A DNA stretch of 64,000 nt. It comes from a virus. Position 1 is the stretch's first letter; each line of letters opens with the position of its first letter. The DNA lies in the IMG/VR virus record IMGVR_UViG_3300025785_000013, positions 19,478-83,477 of that record; one strand, 5' to 3'. Made by a program: the position numbers and the translations under genes. This document shows, one piece after another, positions 31,301 to 40,515 of this stretch. The notes beneath the pieces are model-generated. The model was not told where the DNA came from and did no database searches. It was given only the letters and a program-made list of their open reading frames with translations.

Positions 31301-34300
31301 TCGCACCATCCCCGGAACGCCCGGATGGTCAAGCACGAACACCACCGGATTCCAAATCATCAGCAACGGTCAAGGCAACCAAGTCCACGTCGTTGACCCC
31401 GGCAACGTTCTCTCTAACGGGTGGGCAGGTAGAACCGTCTACATCAACCACAAAGAAAGTATGGGTTGGACAACAGCGCAAGCGTCGCAGACGGTCAAGA
31501 GAGTTCTCGGCTCCCTCATCGGCAACGCAATCAACTACAACGTTTCCAAACTGGAGCCAGCAGTCATTCAGTCGGTCAAGGCTGTTTCCACCATCCCATC
31601 ACGAACCACGACCCTTGCAGTTGTCAGCACTGATACCCAATTCCCCAAGGGCAACGGTCTATACATCCCAGTGACCCCCAAGGGTGGGTACCCGCTTCTT
31701 TCGCTTCCGGCAGGGACAGTTCTCAACATTAGTAATGGACAAATTATTGGTGTCAATGTCTTTCAAGGTGGGAAGATAGACTGGACACACTACAACGCCA
31801 TCAACACCGTGACCCTCACCGCGCCGTATCGAATTGGCGACAGTGGGATGCACGTTGCTGGAATCACCAACGGTTTTGGAAGCAACGTCAAGGCTAAGGA
31901 TATAACCCTTGGGTTCCTACCAAGGGGAGCAGTCATCACCTATGTCGCTCCGAGCCTCTACACCGAAAAGGTTGTGACATTCACCAAGCCTTACGGCAAG
32001 CAGGCTCCCTATACCGGTATCGGCGTTTCGATTGGCGACACTCTTGACCTTTCGGTCACGACGTACTACGCAGGAACCAGTGCTGTAAACGTCTACGGCT
32101 ACAAGTACACCAACAAAGTCGGTGGCCCCGGACACACCAAACTCGTACCGTTGGAGCAAAAGGTCATTTCGGATTTCACTGTTCCGTCATTCTCGGCTAC
32201 AGGAACGGTTGGAACGCTCGTCGGAACGACGTTTACACCACTAACAACCGGAGCGAGCGTCGCAAACCTCACGGCGACGTGGAGTATCTACGGCAACACG
32301 ATTACAGCAGCCAGTACTGCTGGCCTCGCAGTTGGACAACTCGTATCCGGCTACGGCATCCAGTCCAACTCGTACATCACCAACATCAGTGGCAGCAGTG
32401 TCACGCTTTCCAACCCAACCAACGTTGCTACCGGTTCCAGCATCGGGTTGTTGGCGTATCCGACATTCAACGCCATCCAATTGTCCACCAACCCGTTCGG
32501 TTCCACCTCGCCGGTTGGCGATGCAGTCACCGGTGCCGGTATCTCCCCGGCAACGGTTGTTAATGCAGTCGGTTCCACCTACTCAGTGGTGGGTCTTTCG
32601 GCAACCGGTGTCGTACAGTTCCAAAGCGTCAGCGCAACGGCTCCGTACAACCCAATTAAACCTGTGGTGCAAATCCCAGTGACGTTTAACGGGGCTGCCA
32701 ACTTCAAGATTCCAGCAGGCTCCACGGTCATCAAAACCAAGCCGTTTGTTGCTCATTCTTCGTTTCCCTTCGGAACAGCAGTCAAGATTAACTACCCGGC
32801 TCTGTACTCTGACCACACCTTCACTATCGTTCCAAACGGTGGGTCTGGGACTGGAACGGACATTGCTGAAATCGGCCTGCTCCACACATCTGGGTCAAAC
32901 TACACCGGTAAGTTCACCCCAACCAATTCCATTCCAATCATCGCTGGCCTCACCTATGGAATCGTTGGCTTCACTCGCCTGATGACCACTCCACGCACGA
33001 GTGGTGGAATCCCCACGATGAGCGTGTTCGTTGACATCTACGATGCCAGTGGGAACTGGATTGGAACGGAGAACAGCAGCAACCCTGCCTACCAAGCCGT
33101 CCTTTCCAGCAGCACTGGTCAATGGGGTTCGGGATGGGTTCCAGTCGCCTATTCATTCGTCGCCCCCACCAACGCAGCCTACGCAGTGCCTCGCTTCCAA
33201 TGGAAGAACGTATCTTCGGTGGATGCCTACGGTCTTTCCGGCTTGATGTTCAAGGCAATCAACCTTCCGGCGTTCGACCTCAACCACAACATCGTGAATA
33301 TCACCTCGCAGATTGGCACTTCCAGCCAACTGATGCGCTTGGAGACGAGCCTTTACCCACAGGGAACGAGCAGCAACGACAACACGCAGGTTGCCAACGC
33401 GATTTCACTGCCCCAATCTTCTTCCGAATCCTACGCATCTCTTGGTGGGTACGACAGCCTGTACGTCTTCGACCCCTACAACACTTCCGGCGTGTACGAA
33501 ATTCAGCAGGGTGGCTCGGACAACGAGTTGTTCACGACCCTTACGGCAGCAGTGACCGTTGGAGTTCCCGTTGGTGGAATCACCTACTTGCCTCTCGCCA
33601 GTACAAAGGGTATTGCAGTCGGCACCACGCTCTACGTTGACTACGGAAACGCCAACACCTACGAAAATGTCATTGTTGACCCCAGTTGGGATGGTTCCAC
33701 CAACGTGGCCGTACAAACCAACACGGGCAATGGCTACAGCACGGCAAACGGTTTTGCTAGAAACCACTCCCTCGGCGCACGAGTGTACGTCGTGACGATT
33801 GGACTTGCTGGAACGGTTAACTACACCCACGTTGCAGGAGCCACTGCCAGCCAAGGCGTGGCCATCTTCAACTGGAACAGTGACGGATTCGTCAATCAGC
33901 CCAACGACACTTACGAGTACCTTGTTCAAAAGTCCGTTGACGGCGGAGCGACGTGGACACCGATTCGCAACGGAAACAACGTCAAGGCAACTGGAACCGG
34001 TTGGGCAACCATCACCGACTACGAGGCAGTCCCCGGACAAGCGACGCTGTACCAAGCCATTCCAAAGTTCGTCAGCAAGGCTGGCACAGTCACGAAGCGT
34101 GGGCCGAAATCAGCACCAATCGCCCCTGAGAACACGATGACTACTTCGACGTGGTGGATTGCCGACAGTTCCAACCCGACCAACCGATTCCCCATCTTGG
34201 TGCAAAACCAGTACACGGACAAAACGAAACACCCCTCAGGTATCTTCTATCCTCTCGGCTCTGCACGGCCTTTCACCATCTCTGGCGTGACCCAAGGGCG

Positions 34301-34547
34301 AGACGCTGACATCAAGGTCATCTGGGAAGATTTGGACAACTGGCCTAACTTCTTGAAGTTGCTCAACTCAGGAAACATCCTCATCCTGACCAATCCGGTG
34401 GAAAGTAGTCGCACTTACATCTTCATCAGCGATGATGTGCAAACGACCTATAACGCTGCTACAAGCCCGTGGTTTGAGGTGGAAATCAACTACGTTGAGG
34501 CTGCTCCCCCCGGATACGGTTTCACCTACGGCAGTAATCTGAGTTAG
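25302..34547 (+). CDS. giant (3081 aa) tail protein, distal-tail-like C-terminus with many beta modules
   Basis: Follows tape measure; repeated GxGIP modules; C-terminal TITDYEA.PG...WW...YVEAAPP. Confidence 0.75.
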   Translation: MNNYVANPNYSDAAGSPYWTVVVPGAQTLSPDEAVADITQLAVGTVMDNGYYRAAQVQDVSKLGVAGTSLSVTTGGQYGNTNPSPFFDRGDSFAYVNSVAGISTGLRIAILEGLQTDASPYTAGSMSTDAFTSEWMTARAVGQIPAVANNQNYQSFQSGSLTSSYCAYLMTNGNAFGAAGFLTPISSFSTRFSGATSYWLTPASAAATSPYFFISASSDPQAMANFISEFASDFTATGTAINSILVGSSRSIVNCVVDPSVNGFTTGQYLSFVDIGTNTILSPASYQNQSTTGWYVGQVTGMNSFTILATTTTGGSSATVTFNPTTEDHTGVLPGMIVAGTGIPSGATVVSVGASSFTISAGATIATTGVTLTISKGATNSYFLVCDRSTNYGQPIPGTWNQLILTTSAISSTTLTISAIATSSGSTAGYGYGTVLAGGSTYASGVSTGLFSNSGPFSIAVGSTIPIATHYGSTSAGTTATLGYVSAPSNVVSFIASGTSGTNTITITSSLYILGNGMLAVGQSISGTGIPSNSYITAISGNTLTISANLTANLNGTTSIATTSCSGMIYGTSFPAGNTIVLNNNDNTYVFDFGVPYFAPYLTNTGGGSIPPGETPTAGVGGSHYGCDFYLPVTLTNIIGTPLANFQSAAVTGSSSAIYVDTTTNFYVGQKITFGSFGNLTITSVPSSTEIIVSGTAAGAATYNTVNYSNGSSPNDIWNYDDYLLSGAVFDTVTGTTSGTGAIGFDGTFITGFHQTGTYVLAYQDGPRYIGSSSVGDLEQIVPTTIGSTVGGTLYQPVAAGSTTFAVNPNPNTVPGTTTFGINQYQNYTYGGFVPLINNGVTNNFVGNITTGSTVITGVASQYSFGLSVGQTVDIASTAHFPSGTEIVTVGKGTVTVSNAATTSASATSLTATSNAIYTLVVGQGSTQEMVAVISPSNSTSLGSTGSNPIGLPFTPGETLDGSGNINSPMLWTLADGQTFQFDHDAGDIVVTPNVVYSVGGSTISHAQQTPFLGDPNVGTVYSISGGTDYAQTNALIATNPTSELIINAAANFNLTNPWLDSGVGGFPNISTSLAATASAGDTTITVADNAGFPQTVQTVFQNGITIQPSTVGTLVGSLAANATSLTIIPKAEVPQTTPFFINISGLSGTETLEIGSVYYNSALNLATLQLSNFQVQGMVATGSTSVWLGAAAITNVAPGQVITDTLGYIPAGTTVVSVSTTSITISNPATNGATENLQFYTSSTTLSYADLTPVLLDSFPTDTQYHTLEVPSFYLTTALNLGATVTSLSTTPLPVTVPSGTTLYINNGIFYDSFVTSATANAGATGVSINSYTPHFPFPASSGSSGVFTTYGSIVSVGLASPLQPNQTIFLNCPGAIGSLGNPSFGITVKEYTPQNAFTIPVLPFISPYAFDTTTTEVDFTGSVTNGSNAITSVSSTAGLSVGQQVFTSQDGLSTTQPAFIAEISGSTVYLTTPSVTAATGATSQYFNVYPTQFLSPSPVTLDADPLQEVVYPISVPVPNAINPNAWDVNLALSLAYDHDFGAEVFYYAYPTNFHVNDVTYRPDLGIFQTWDGSQWRTTRVNAVQALLSILGSFGGKDTTNVTLIDPNTGANTPPDVFANTLSTAFTAYFGGNRSKDPNGDEWTGDALNNILLNISVQVPQNQTVAYRSLGLIAQYKSEPLAESIYISPSDNCVINEDAVTSVNWTYSDLDNDQQTGWSVKIFSQASVYLPNFSPDTTTPVWQKSAYNASTSVTFDTDSGFVNGQKYYAYVKVSKTFHQKDWWGAWNSCPFTVIINAPQAPMVAVYADDDNAVNTITIQSTDNLLGPDNGSFTNSLGGWTRGKNDTVGTSLEVASTGIALRTPLTAGTVYTSLNVGAIGYIASGSTIASSGKGTFKVSSTYPKNTDALGFPVSGEFWVTIGGENILVTNKVDGNNSGDTFVIQQRNYTVAGVPSTQSAHAAGATVTFGLQEPIFVDSELQLHFTEVIEQKWVDKQKILVRTIPGTPGWSSTNTTGFQIISNGQGNQVHVVDPGNVLSNGWAGRTVYINHKESMGWTTAQASQTVKRVLGSLIGNAINYNVSKLEPAVIQSVKAVSTIPSRTTTLAVVSTDTQFPKGNGLYIPVTPKGGYPLLSLPAGTVLNISNGQIIGVNVFQGGKIDWTHYNAINTVTLTAPYRIGDSGMHVAGITNGFGSNVKAKDITLGFLPRGAVITYVAPSLYTEKVVTFTKPYGKQAPYTGIGVSIGDTLDLSVTTYYAGTSAVNVYGYKYTNKVGGPGHTKLVPLEQKVISDFTVPSFSATGTVGTLVGTTFTPLTTGASVANLTATWSIYGNTITAASTAGLAVGQLVSGYGIQSNSYITNISGSSVTLSNPTNVATGSSIGLLAYPTFNAIQLSTNPFGSTSPVGDAVTGAGISPATVVNAVGSTYSVVGLSATGVVQFQSVSATAPYNPIKPVVQIPVTFNGAANFKIPAGSTVIKTKPFVAHSSFPFGTAVKINYPALYSDHTFTIVPNGGSGTGTDIAEIGLLHTSGSNYTGKFTPTNSIPIIAGLTYGIVGFTRLMTTPRTSGGIPTMSVFVDIYDASGNWIGTENSSNPAYQAVLSSSTGQWGSGWVPVAYSFVAPTNAAYAVPRFQWKNVSSVDAYGLSGLMFKAINLPAFDLNHNIVNITSQIGTSSQLMRLETSLYPQGTSSNDNTQVANAISLPQSSSESYASLGGYDSLYVFDPYNTSGVYEIQQGGSDNELFTTLTAAVTVGVPVGGITYLPLASTKGIAVGTTLYVDYGNANTYENVIVDPSWDGSTNVAVQTNTGNGYSTANGFARNHSLGARVYVVTIGLAGTVNYTHVAGATASQGVAIFNWNSDGFVNQPNDTYEYLVQKSVDGGATWTPIRNGNNVKATGTGWATITDYEAVPGQATLYQAIPKFVSKAGTVTKRGPKSAPIAPENTMTTSTWWIADSSNPTNRFPILVQNQYTDKTKHPSGIFYPLGSARPFTISGVTQGRDADIKVIWEDLDNWPNFLKLLNSGNILILTNPVESSRTYIFISDDVQTTYNAATSPWFEVEINYVEAAPPGYGFTYGSNLS

Positions 34548-34549
34548 TT

Positions 34550-36256
34550 ATGTACCCAGCCAGCCCTGAATTCTTTGAGGCCATCAAAAGCCCTCATCGG
34601 GTAATGATTATCGTAAAAGCCCTGTCCATTGACGGGACTTGGTACACGCTGCCCGTTGTAGACGGTTCGGTGAAAATTGACCAGACCAGTGCCGACGTTC
34701 GACGCACCATCAACTTGACCATCAACGACCCGTTGTACGTTCCAAAGAAGTCAACCGACGCACTCTCCATCTACGGGAATCACCTCTACGCATACCGAGG
34801 CGTTGTATGGGACTTGGCCAACGTTGGTACTGAAATCATTGACGCAAAGCCGCCCCTCGGCCCAGACTTGCTGCGCCCCGAGAACAAGGCTTACGAGTTG
34901 GTTCCAATTGGCGTGTTCCGCATTACGGATACCAGCATTGAAGAAGACAACGACGGCAACGTGACCATCACGGTCAACGGCTCCGATATGGCCCTGAACA
35001 TTAAGCAGAACTCGTGGACATCACCAGTCACGGTTTGGAAAACGCCATACACGCCCCCTGTTGTGGACACGAACGCTGCCGGTTTCACCCCATACACGAC
35101 CCAAGAGCAGAACTTGGTGGCCAACACCTATTTGGAAGCCGTGAAACTGCTCATCAACAACCGTTGGCCTGCCTACGCCTACGGAGTGTTCGGCCCACCG
35201 GTCTTTGAGTTTGCTGGAATCGTAGATGCCGAGTTGAACCAACCCTTGATTATGGGTTCAGTGTCTATGTCGGTCACTGGCGCTGGCTCACCGTGGACAG
35301 ATATCACCGGAATCGCAGCCGGAGTGAACGGACTTCTCTACATTGACGTTGAAGGTCGCTTCTGCGTTCAGCCCCAGCCTGACCCTGCGTCAATACCCCC
35401 GGTGTGGAGTTATGTTGATGGCGATGGTGGAATGTTAACAAAGGTCACTCGGAAGTTGGACAGTTCCAAAGCCGTGAACTACGTCATTGCCACTGGTGAA
35501 AACTCCATTGTCGGTATGCCGTACCGTGCGCTGGCATACGATTCCGACCCCAATTCACCTACCTATTACCTCGGCCCCTTTGGTCGGGTGGTTGGCCGTG
35601 AACCGGGCCGTAAACGACTGATTTCACAGAAGCAGACGCAGGCAGCAGCCAACCTCTACCTCAACTGGTTTGTCGGTGGCGATGAAACGACCACCATTGA
35701 AGGAATTTGCAATCCTGCTTTGGATACTGGCGATGTAGTGCTGGTGCGACGCAAGAATGTCGGCATTTATCAAGATGGTGGAATCATCACGGACTTGACC
35801 ACGGACTTTCCTGCTGGCTCAGACCTCACTCCATCAACCGTTGTGCCAATCACCACTGACTACGGCAACTACGCAGACGTGCAGCCCCCGGCGAAGACTG
35901 GGGTTTACACCATCTCGGAATTAAAAGTCAATCCCACCTATGTGGCTCTCGCTAAGGGCCAAGAAATCATCATTTACACCAACGTGGCGACCAATATCGT
36001 CAAAGTCACTGAACACTGCCCGGTTGGGTCAACAATTATCCCCGTGGAAAGTTTTCACCCCGACATCCAATACTTGAAGGGTACGATGATTCTTGACCCG
36101 GCGTTCACGGAAAACGGTGGAGCCGTGAACTACTTCATTGACCAAATCACCATCCCACTGAACATCACCGATGCTGCCGAACTGGTCGCTCGTGAGCGCA
36201 GGGTTGGAACCAAGGAAGACGCTGCTCGTATTGCAGAATTCACGATGGGGTACTAA
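34550..36256 (+). CDS. minor tail / baseplate hub protein (DUF5047-like)
   Basis: LPVVDGSVKID....VRRT, VPIGVFRI, DPNSPTYYLGPFGRV, NPALDTGDVV. Confidence 0.8.
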   Translation: MYPASPEFFEAIKSPHRVMIIVKALSIDGTWYTLPVVDGSVKIDQTSADVRRTINLTINDPLYVPKKSTDALSIYGNHLYAYRGVVWDLANVGTEIIDAKPPLGPDLLRPENKAYELVPIGVFRITDTSIEEDNDGNVTITVNGSDMALNIKQNSWTSPVTVWKTPYTPPVVDTNAAGFTPYTTQEQNLVANTYLEAVKLLINNRWPAYAYGVFGPPVFEFAGIVDAELNQPLIMGSVSMSVTGAGSPWTDITGIAAGVNGLLYIDVEGRFCVQPQPDPASIPPVWSYVDGDGGMLTKVTRKLDSSKAVNYVIATGENSIVGMPYRALAYDSDPNSPTYYLGPFGRVVGREPGRKRLISQKQTQAAANLYLNWFVGGDETTTIEGICNPALDTGDVVLVRRKNVGIYQDGGIITDLTTDFPAGSDLTPSTVVPITTDYGNYADVQPPAKTGVYTISELKVNPTYVALAKGQEIIIYTNVATNIVKVTEHCPVGSTIIPVESFHPDIQYLKGTMILDPAFTENGGAVNYFIDQITIPLNITDAAELVARERRVGTKEDAARIAEFTMGY

Positions 36257-37851
36257 TGGCTGAATTCGACTTTCGACCACTGGTCAACGCCCTTATTGCC
36301 AACAACCAATTTCACTTGCCCCCAACGGACACCATCCGTATGGGCATTGTCGTTGGCTACGACCCCGGTTTTACACCACCTGAACCGGCAACTGGCGCAG
36401 CGTTTTACTCGTTCCCTGTAGTCAGTGTGCAGTTGGCTGGCGATGACCACCCCACGCACGGAATTCGGTTCTTGGAATCCTACGTTCCAAATATTGGTGA
36501 CACCGTGTGGATTATGGCTACTGGCCACGACGAGTGGGTTGTGGGTTCCCTTGCTGGAAGCAACAAGTCCACGATTGGAACTGTCCGTTCACCAATGTCG
36601 CTTCTTGGCCATACCGGGGCAACGTCGGGGCAAACCATCACGACTACGACCACGCCACAACCGATTTCAGCGACCAAGATTACGACTTCGTATCTTCCAA
36701 ACCGTATCTACCGAGCCGAAGCCACAGTGACCTTTGAAGTCACGGGTACTACGCCATATTTCAGTGGAACGGCCAGCAGCACTTACACGGGTTCTGCGAC
36801 AGTTTCCAACACCGGAACGTACTCGGCCTATGCGTCGCTCAGTGGTGGAAACGCTTGGGCATTAGCCACAATGATTGGCTACATCCGAGGCACAACTGGT
36901 GGAAGCCCGACGATGACCGTTCGACAGGGAAGTGGGACAACTTACACCGTCAACACTGGTCAGTTGCTCCAAAACTTGACGGGTGACGTGACCGGTCTTA
37001 ACACCCTGCTCTCCCAATCGGGCAACTCGTACGTCACGGGCTTTGGACTTCCAGCAAACGCTGACCTTTTGTACGACGCTGTTTTTCAATCAACGGCAAC
37101 GACGCAGACCGTTGGTGGAAACACCTACTACTTCAACTTCTCTGGTGGTGGCCTCACGCCCAACCCACCATTCGTGATTTTGAATTCCAGTAGTGCGTTC
37201 GTCGGCAATAACGCCTCAGGAGCCACGGAGTATCCAATCACCACACGAGGCAGCATCGCAGGAGAGGCTGCCTTCGCCGGTAGCCCATTCTCTGGCACGG
37301 CACGAGGCACTGGTTCTACCACCAACCTCACAACGGTTGTCAATGGTTCAACTTCCGATGTCTATTGGACTACCGACAGCAGCAACAATAACAACGAAAA
37401 CCTGATTCATAACCTGCAATTCACCTTCGTGAACTACGGTGCCGTGTCCGTCACGCCACCAAGCCCTTCTGTCACTGTCACCCTTCCAAACCTTTCTACG
37501 AGCATCACGGATTCATCAACGCCTACCCTGATTTCACTGGGCGTTATTGCCCCGTCGCCGTGGGCCGGAACAACCGGCTCGCAATCACCAGCGAACTACC
37601 AAGAGATGGAAGTCATCAACGTCACCGGAGTGTCGAATAAGGTCTACACCGTTCACTGCTCTACGACGTTCTGGGATTCACCAACCCAAGCCATTAAGAC
37701 TGGCCAGTGGCAACCGACTTACGATTGGTACCTAGGGATGAAGCAAATTGGTTCCAATTCAGCAACCATCGCTTTCGATAGCGTGACCATCCAAAAGTTT
37801 GTGGTCTACGACTGTGGTGTAAACGACGCTCCACCGGGGTCAATTGCCTAG
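36256..37851 (+). CDS. tail tip / minor tail protein
   Basis: N-terminal LESYVPNIGDTVW...WVVGSL OB-like domain; Thr/Ser-rich body. Confidence 0.7.
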   Translation: MAEFDFRPLVNALIANNQFHLPPTDTIRMGIVVGYDPGFTPPEPATGAAFYSFPVVSVQLAGDDHPTHGIRFLESYVPNIGDTVWIMATGHDEWVVGSLAGSNKSTIGTVRSPMSLLGHTGATSGQTITTTTTPQPISATKITTSYLPNRIYRAEATVTFEVTGTTPYFSGTASSTYTGSATVSNTGTYSAYASLSGGNAWALATMIGYIRGTTGGSPTMTVRQGSGTTYTVNTGQLLQNLTGDVTGLNTLLSQSGNSYVTGFGLPANADLLYDAVFQSTATTQTVGGNTYYFNFSGGGLTPNPPFVILNSSSAFVGNNASGATEYPITTRGSIAGEAAFAGSPFSGTARGTGSTTNLTTVVNGSTSDVYWTTDSSNNNNENLIHNLQFTFVNYGAVSVTPPSPSVTVTLPNLSTSITDSSTPTLISLGVIAPSPWAGTTGSQSPANYQEMEVINVTGVSNKVYTVHCSTTFWDSPTQAIKTGQWQPTYDWYLGMKQIGSNSATIAFDSVTIQKFVVYDCGVNDAPPGSIA

Positions 37852-37886
37852 CACGGTATTTCCAAATCTTGTTCTAAACTTGCGCT

Positions 37887-38273
37887 ATGGCAGCCACGTC
37901 TCAACCCTATGTCTTGGCAGCCATTATCTCAGCGATTCCAGCGACTTTGGCAGCCAGTTCTGCGTGGTATTCGGCCCACCGTGGCCGTAAGGAGAACCAC
38001 ACCGACAACCAAGGGCTAGCCGACCAATTCGACGGAGTGAACACCCAATTTGGAACCGTGGCTGAACACATCGCCCGGATGGACACCAAATTTGAAAAGA
38101 TTGAACTAGGATTTCAGCGTATGGACATTCGCTTTGACGGCATTGAGGATAAGGTGGAGCGTCACCTCGGTTGGCATCGTGCCGAAGCCGAGGGCGACCT
38201 CACCCAAGCCCTCTCAAAGGAGAGTAAAAATGACCACCCAACCAACCAACACAGCATCACCAGCCGCGACTAA
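37887..38273 (+). CDS. membrane-anchored coiled-coil protein (lysis-module type)
   Basis: N-terminal hydrophobic helix, coiled coil, HLGWH; leaderless after TAAACT. Confidence 0.65.
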   Translation: MAATSQPYVLAAIISAIPATLAASSAWYSAHRGRKENHTDNQGLADQFDGVNTQFGTVAEHIARMDTKFEKIELGFQRMDIRFDGIEDKVERHLGWHRAEAEGDLTQALSKESKNDHPTNQHSITSRD

Positions 38274-38517
38274 GCCAGCCGTTGACCCCAAGGCTCTCGG
38301 AGCCACGGTCATCCGCTACGTTGTCCCGGCCATCGTCGGTGTGCTGATTTCGCTCGCTGCCAAGGTCGGCTTCAAGTTGACCCCGACGCAGGCCTACGCC
38401 TACGTTGCCCCGGCAGTCGCTACGGCCTACAGCACGGCCATCCACTTCGCTGAGGCCAAGGTTCCGGCACTCGGCATCCTTATGGGCGCAAAGCGTCCGG
38501 CCAGCATCACCAAGTAG
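38230..38517 (+). CDS. putative holin
   Basis: IRYVVPAIVGVLISL and a second hydrophobic helix; ends LGILMGAKRP; GGAGAG RBS. Confidence 0.65.
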   Translation: MTTQPTNTASPAATKPAVDPKALGATVIRYVVPAIVGVLISLAAKVGFKLTPTQAYAYVAPAVATAYSTAIHFAEAKVPALGILMGAKRPASITK

Positions 38518-38529
38518 CCAAGCACTCAG

Positions 38530-38566
38530 GCCGGTGGGTCTGTGGGAATTTCCCACGCCCACCGGC
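38530..38566. terminator. hairpin between convergent operons
   Basis: GCCGGTGGG..GTGGGAA/TTCCCAC..CCCACCGGC. Confidence 0.7.
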
Positions 38567-38572
38567 TCGTGC

Positions 38573-38800
38573 TTACTGCTCTACTGGCACCGTGACAATC
38601 TTGGCGAGGCTCGTGTGGCCACTCGGCAAGTGGCGCACCGGCACCTTCGTCAAACCGGGGTTGAAACTCACTTCGCCCATCAGCACATAGTCGTTGCGGA
38701 TGAGCCAACTGACCGGCTCGGTTGTGTCGGGCAGAACAGCACCGAAGATGTTATCGAACCAGACAACCTTTACTGCGTCTTGCTTGCCACCCATTGTCAC
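38573..38800 (-). CDS. hypothetical protein
   Basis: Last ORF of leftward operon; overlaps upstream stop. Confidence 0.55.
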   Translation of the reverse strand: MTMGGKQDAVKVVWFDNIFGAVLPDTTEPVSWLIRNDYVLMGEVSFNPGLTKVPVRHLPSGHTSLAKIVTVPVEQ

Positions 38801-39234
38801 CACCAACTCGTGTAGTAGATGTCGTAGCCGTCGGCAATGTAGTCTCGTGCCGTACGGATGAACACCAAGTCGTTGTCTTTGCGCTCAGGCGTTGACCTGC
38901 CAAAGAAGAACCCCGACGTTTCGGGAAGTTCATCACGGTTCACCGCGGTCTCCAGTTGCTCCAAGTCGGTGAGGCTTAGTCGCACCGGCTCGCAGTTGAA
39001 TCCCAAGTCCCCAGCGAACATCCCATCCTCGGATGGCTGAGGTGGGTCACCAGCGAGGGTGCGCTTCGTCACCCAAAGGTTCTCCATCCAGCCCTGCAAG
39101 TCGCTGTGCTTTCGCCACTGGGCGATTTTGAACACCTTGCTGTCGTAGTCTTGGTCGTGCGCTTCCCACGCCCACCCGAATTCGATGTTGTCGCTGTGGG
39201 GGCGAACAGCGTAGGCGTATTGGTCAAGTCCCAT
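38797..39234 (-). CDS. conserved phage hypothetical protein (MGLDQYAY...WRKH..LQGWME...YTSWW)
   Basis: Recognisable motif pattern; GGAGAG RBS. Confidence 0.8.
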   Translation of the reverse strand: MGLDQYAYAVRPHSDNIEFGWAWEAHDQDYDSKVFKIAQWRKHSDLQGWMENLWVTKRTLAGDPPQPSEDGMFAGDLGFNCEPVRLSLTDLEQLETAVNRDELPETSGFFFGRSTPERKDNDLVFIRTARDYIADGYDIYYTSWW

Positions 39235-39581
39235 CAGTTGCTCTCCTTCGGTTCGACAAGTGCAGGCCACGCCGTAGCCCAAGCCTGCAACACTGCTTCC
39301 GAGCCATCACCACTGGCGATTGCATCCCTTACGTACTCCCGGCCATCGGGGGTCAACGCCGTGAAGATGAGCGCATCGCACGAATCGCAGTGAACCGGAG
39401 TGTCGGTTTCGTTGTGGTAGGAGATTGGCTCCCAGTCATCACCAACAAGTGCTGCCCCAGCCCGGTCACCGTTATCGGCGCAGTCGCGACATTGCGCTAC
39501 GCCGATAACGTCACCACCGGTCACGATGTAGTAGCCGTTCGGGTTGAACGGACTGGCGTGGTCGTAGATGTTGATGGTCAC
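39234..39581 (-). CDS. hypothetical protein with two CxxC motifs
   Basis: CRDC and CDSC. Confidence 0.7.
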   Translation of the reverse strand: MTINIYDHASPFNPNGYYIVTGGDVIGVAQCRDCADNGDRAGAALVGDDWEPISYHNETDTPVHCDSCDALIFTALTPDGREYVRDAIASGDGSEAVLQAWATAWPALVEPKESN

Positions 39582-39582
39582 C

Positions 39583-40152
39583 TCAGCCAGCCACCTTCAC
39601 GCTGACTGAGATGCCACCCTCGGTGTGTTGGAGGCCATCCACCACTGCGCCGGTGAGAGGGTCAACCACGCTGTCACCAGCGAAGTCCACGACCTTCTTC
39701 AGCGTCGCAACATCGGCCTCACGCTTCGTGCGAATCCACTCAGGGTGGTTCACCTCAGCCCAAGCGAGGAACGCATCGGCATCGGTCACGGCCACCTTCG
39801 GGGGAGTGACACGAGAGGTCACGGCACCGTCGGGGAAGTCCAAGGACTTGCGACCATCAGCACTGTCCTCGCGGACACGGATGAGGAAGTCCGACAACGC
39901 CAACTCAAAGAACTCCACCGTTGGCTTGTGGGTGGCAACGTTGGTTTCGACCCAACGCTCAATGCGGTCAATCTCAACTTGCGCCTGACGCTTCACCTCG
40001 TCAATGCGACGCTGCGCCTGAGCGAGGCGACGCATCGCCCACAGTGCCTCGTCTTCATTGTTGATGGTGAACTCAGTCGTGGTGTCCACGAATCGCTCTG
40101 GCTGTCCCTCGCTAGCGAGAAACTCGGACAGGTCTTGCACTGCTGCTTCCAT
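39583..40152 (-). CDS. Mu Gam-like host-nuclease inhibitor
   Basis: FTI...EALWAMRRL, coiled coil, KSLDFPDG.V..R, WIRTKRE.D...LKK. Confidence 0.78.
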   Translation of the reverse strand: MEAAVQDLSEFLASEGQPERFVDTTTEFTINNEDEALWAMRRLAQAQRRIDEVKRQAQVEIDRIERWVETNVATHKPTVEFFELALSDFLIRVREDSADGRKSLDFPDGAVTSRVTPPKVAVTDADAFLAWAEVNHPEWIRTKREADVATLKKVVDFAGDSVVDPLTGAVVDGLQHTEGGISVSVKVAG

Positions 40153-40190
40153 TGCTTCCTTCTTTCTACTGGTCTGAACTACTAAACTGG

Positions 40191-40219
40191 AGTTTAGCAG
40201 ATGGGTGTCACACTGTCAA
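40191..40219 (-). promoter_or_regulatory. promoter
   Basis: TTGACA-17 nt (contains TGTGACA)-TAAACT. Confidence 0.7.
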
Positions 40220-40515
40220 TTCTCAATCTTGTTCATCGCTGCTCGGAGAATCGGGAACGCTCGGTTCATCTCGCTGGCGAACTCCATCCAGTCGTTCTCC
40301 AACGTGTCCTCGTCATCGTTCAGCGACCAGAAGTTGTCCTTGGCCATCGCTCGCAAGTCTGTGAAGTTGCAGTAGAACTCGTCAAGGGTGCCTTCCCATT
40401 CGACATCATCGAACGCTGCGAACGCTGCGAACGCAACCTTTGCAACAGGCACTGGGTCACCCCAACTGTTGAAGAAGATGTTGGTGGTGCGCTGTGGCTT
40501 GGTGGTGGTGTTCAT
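40216..40515 (-). CDS. acidic hypothetical protein
   Basis: ORF track; GAGG RBS. Confidence 0.7.
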   Translation of the reverse strand: MNTTTKPQRTTNIFFNSWGDPVPVAKVAFAAFAAFDDVEWEGTLDEFYCNFTDLRAMAKDNFWSLNDDEDTLENDWMEFASEMNRAFPILRAAMNKIEN

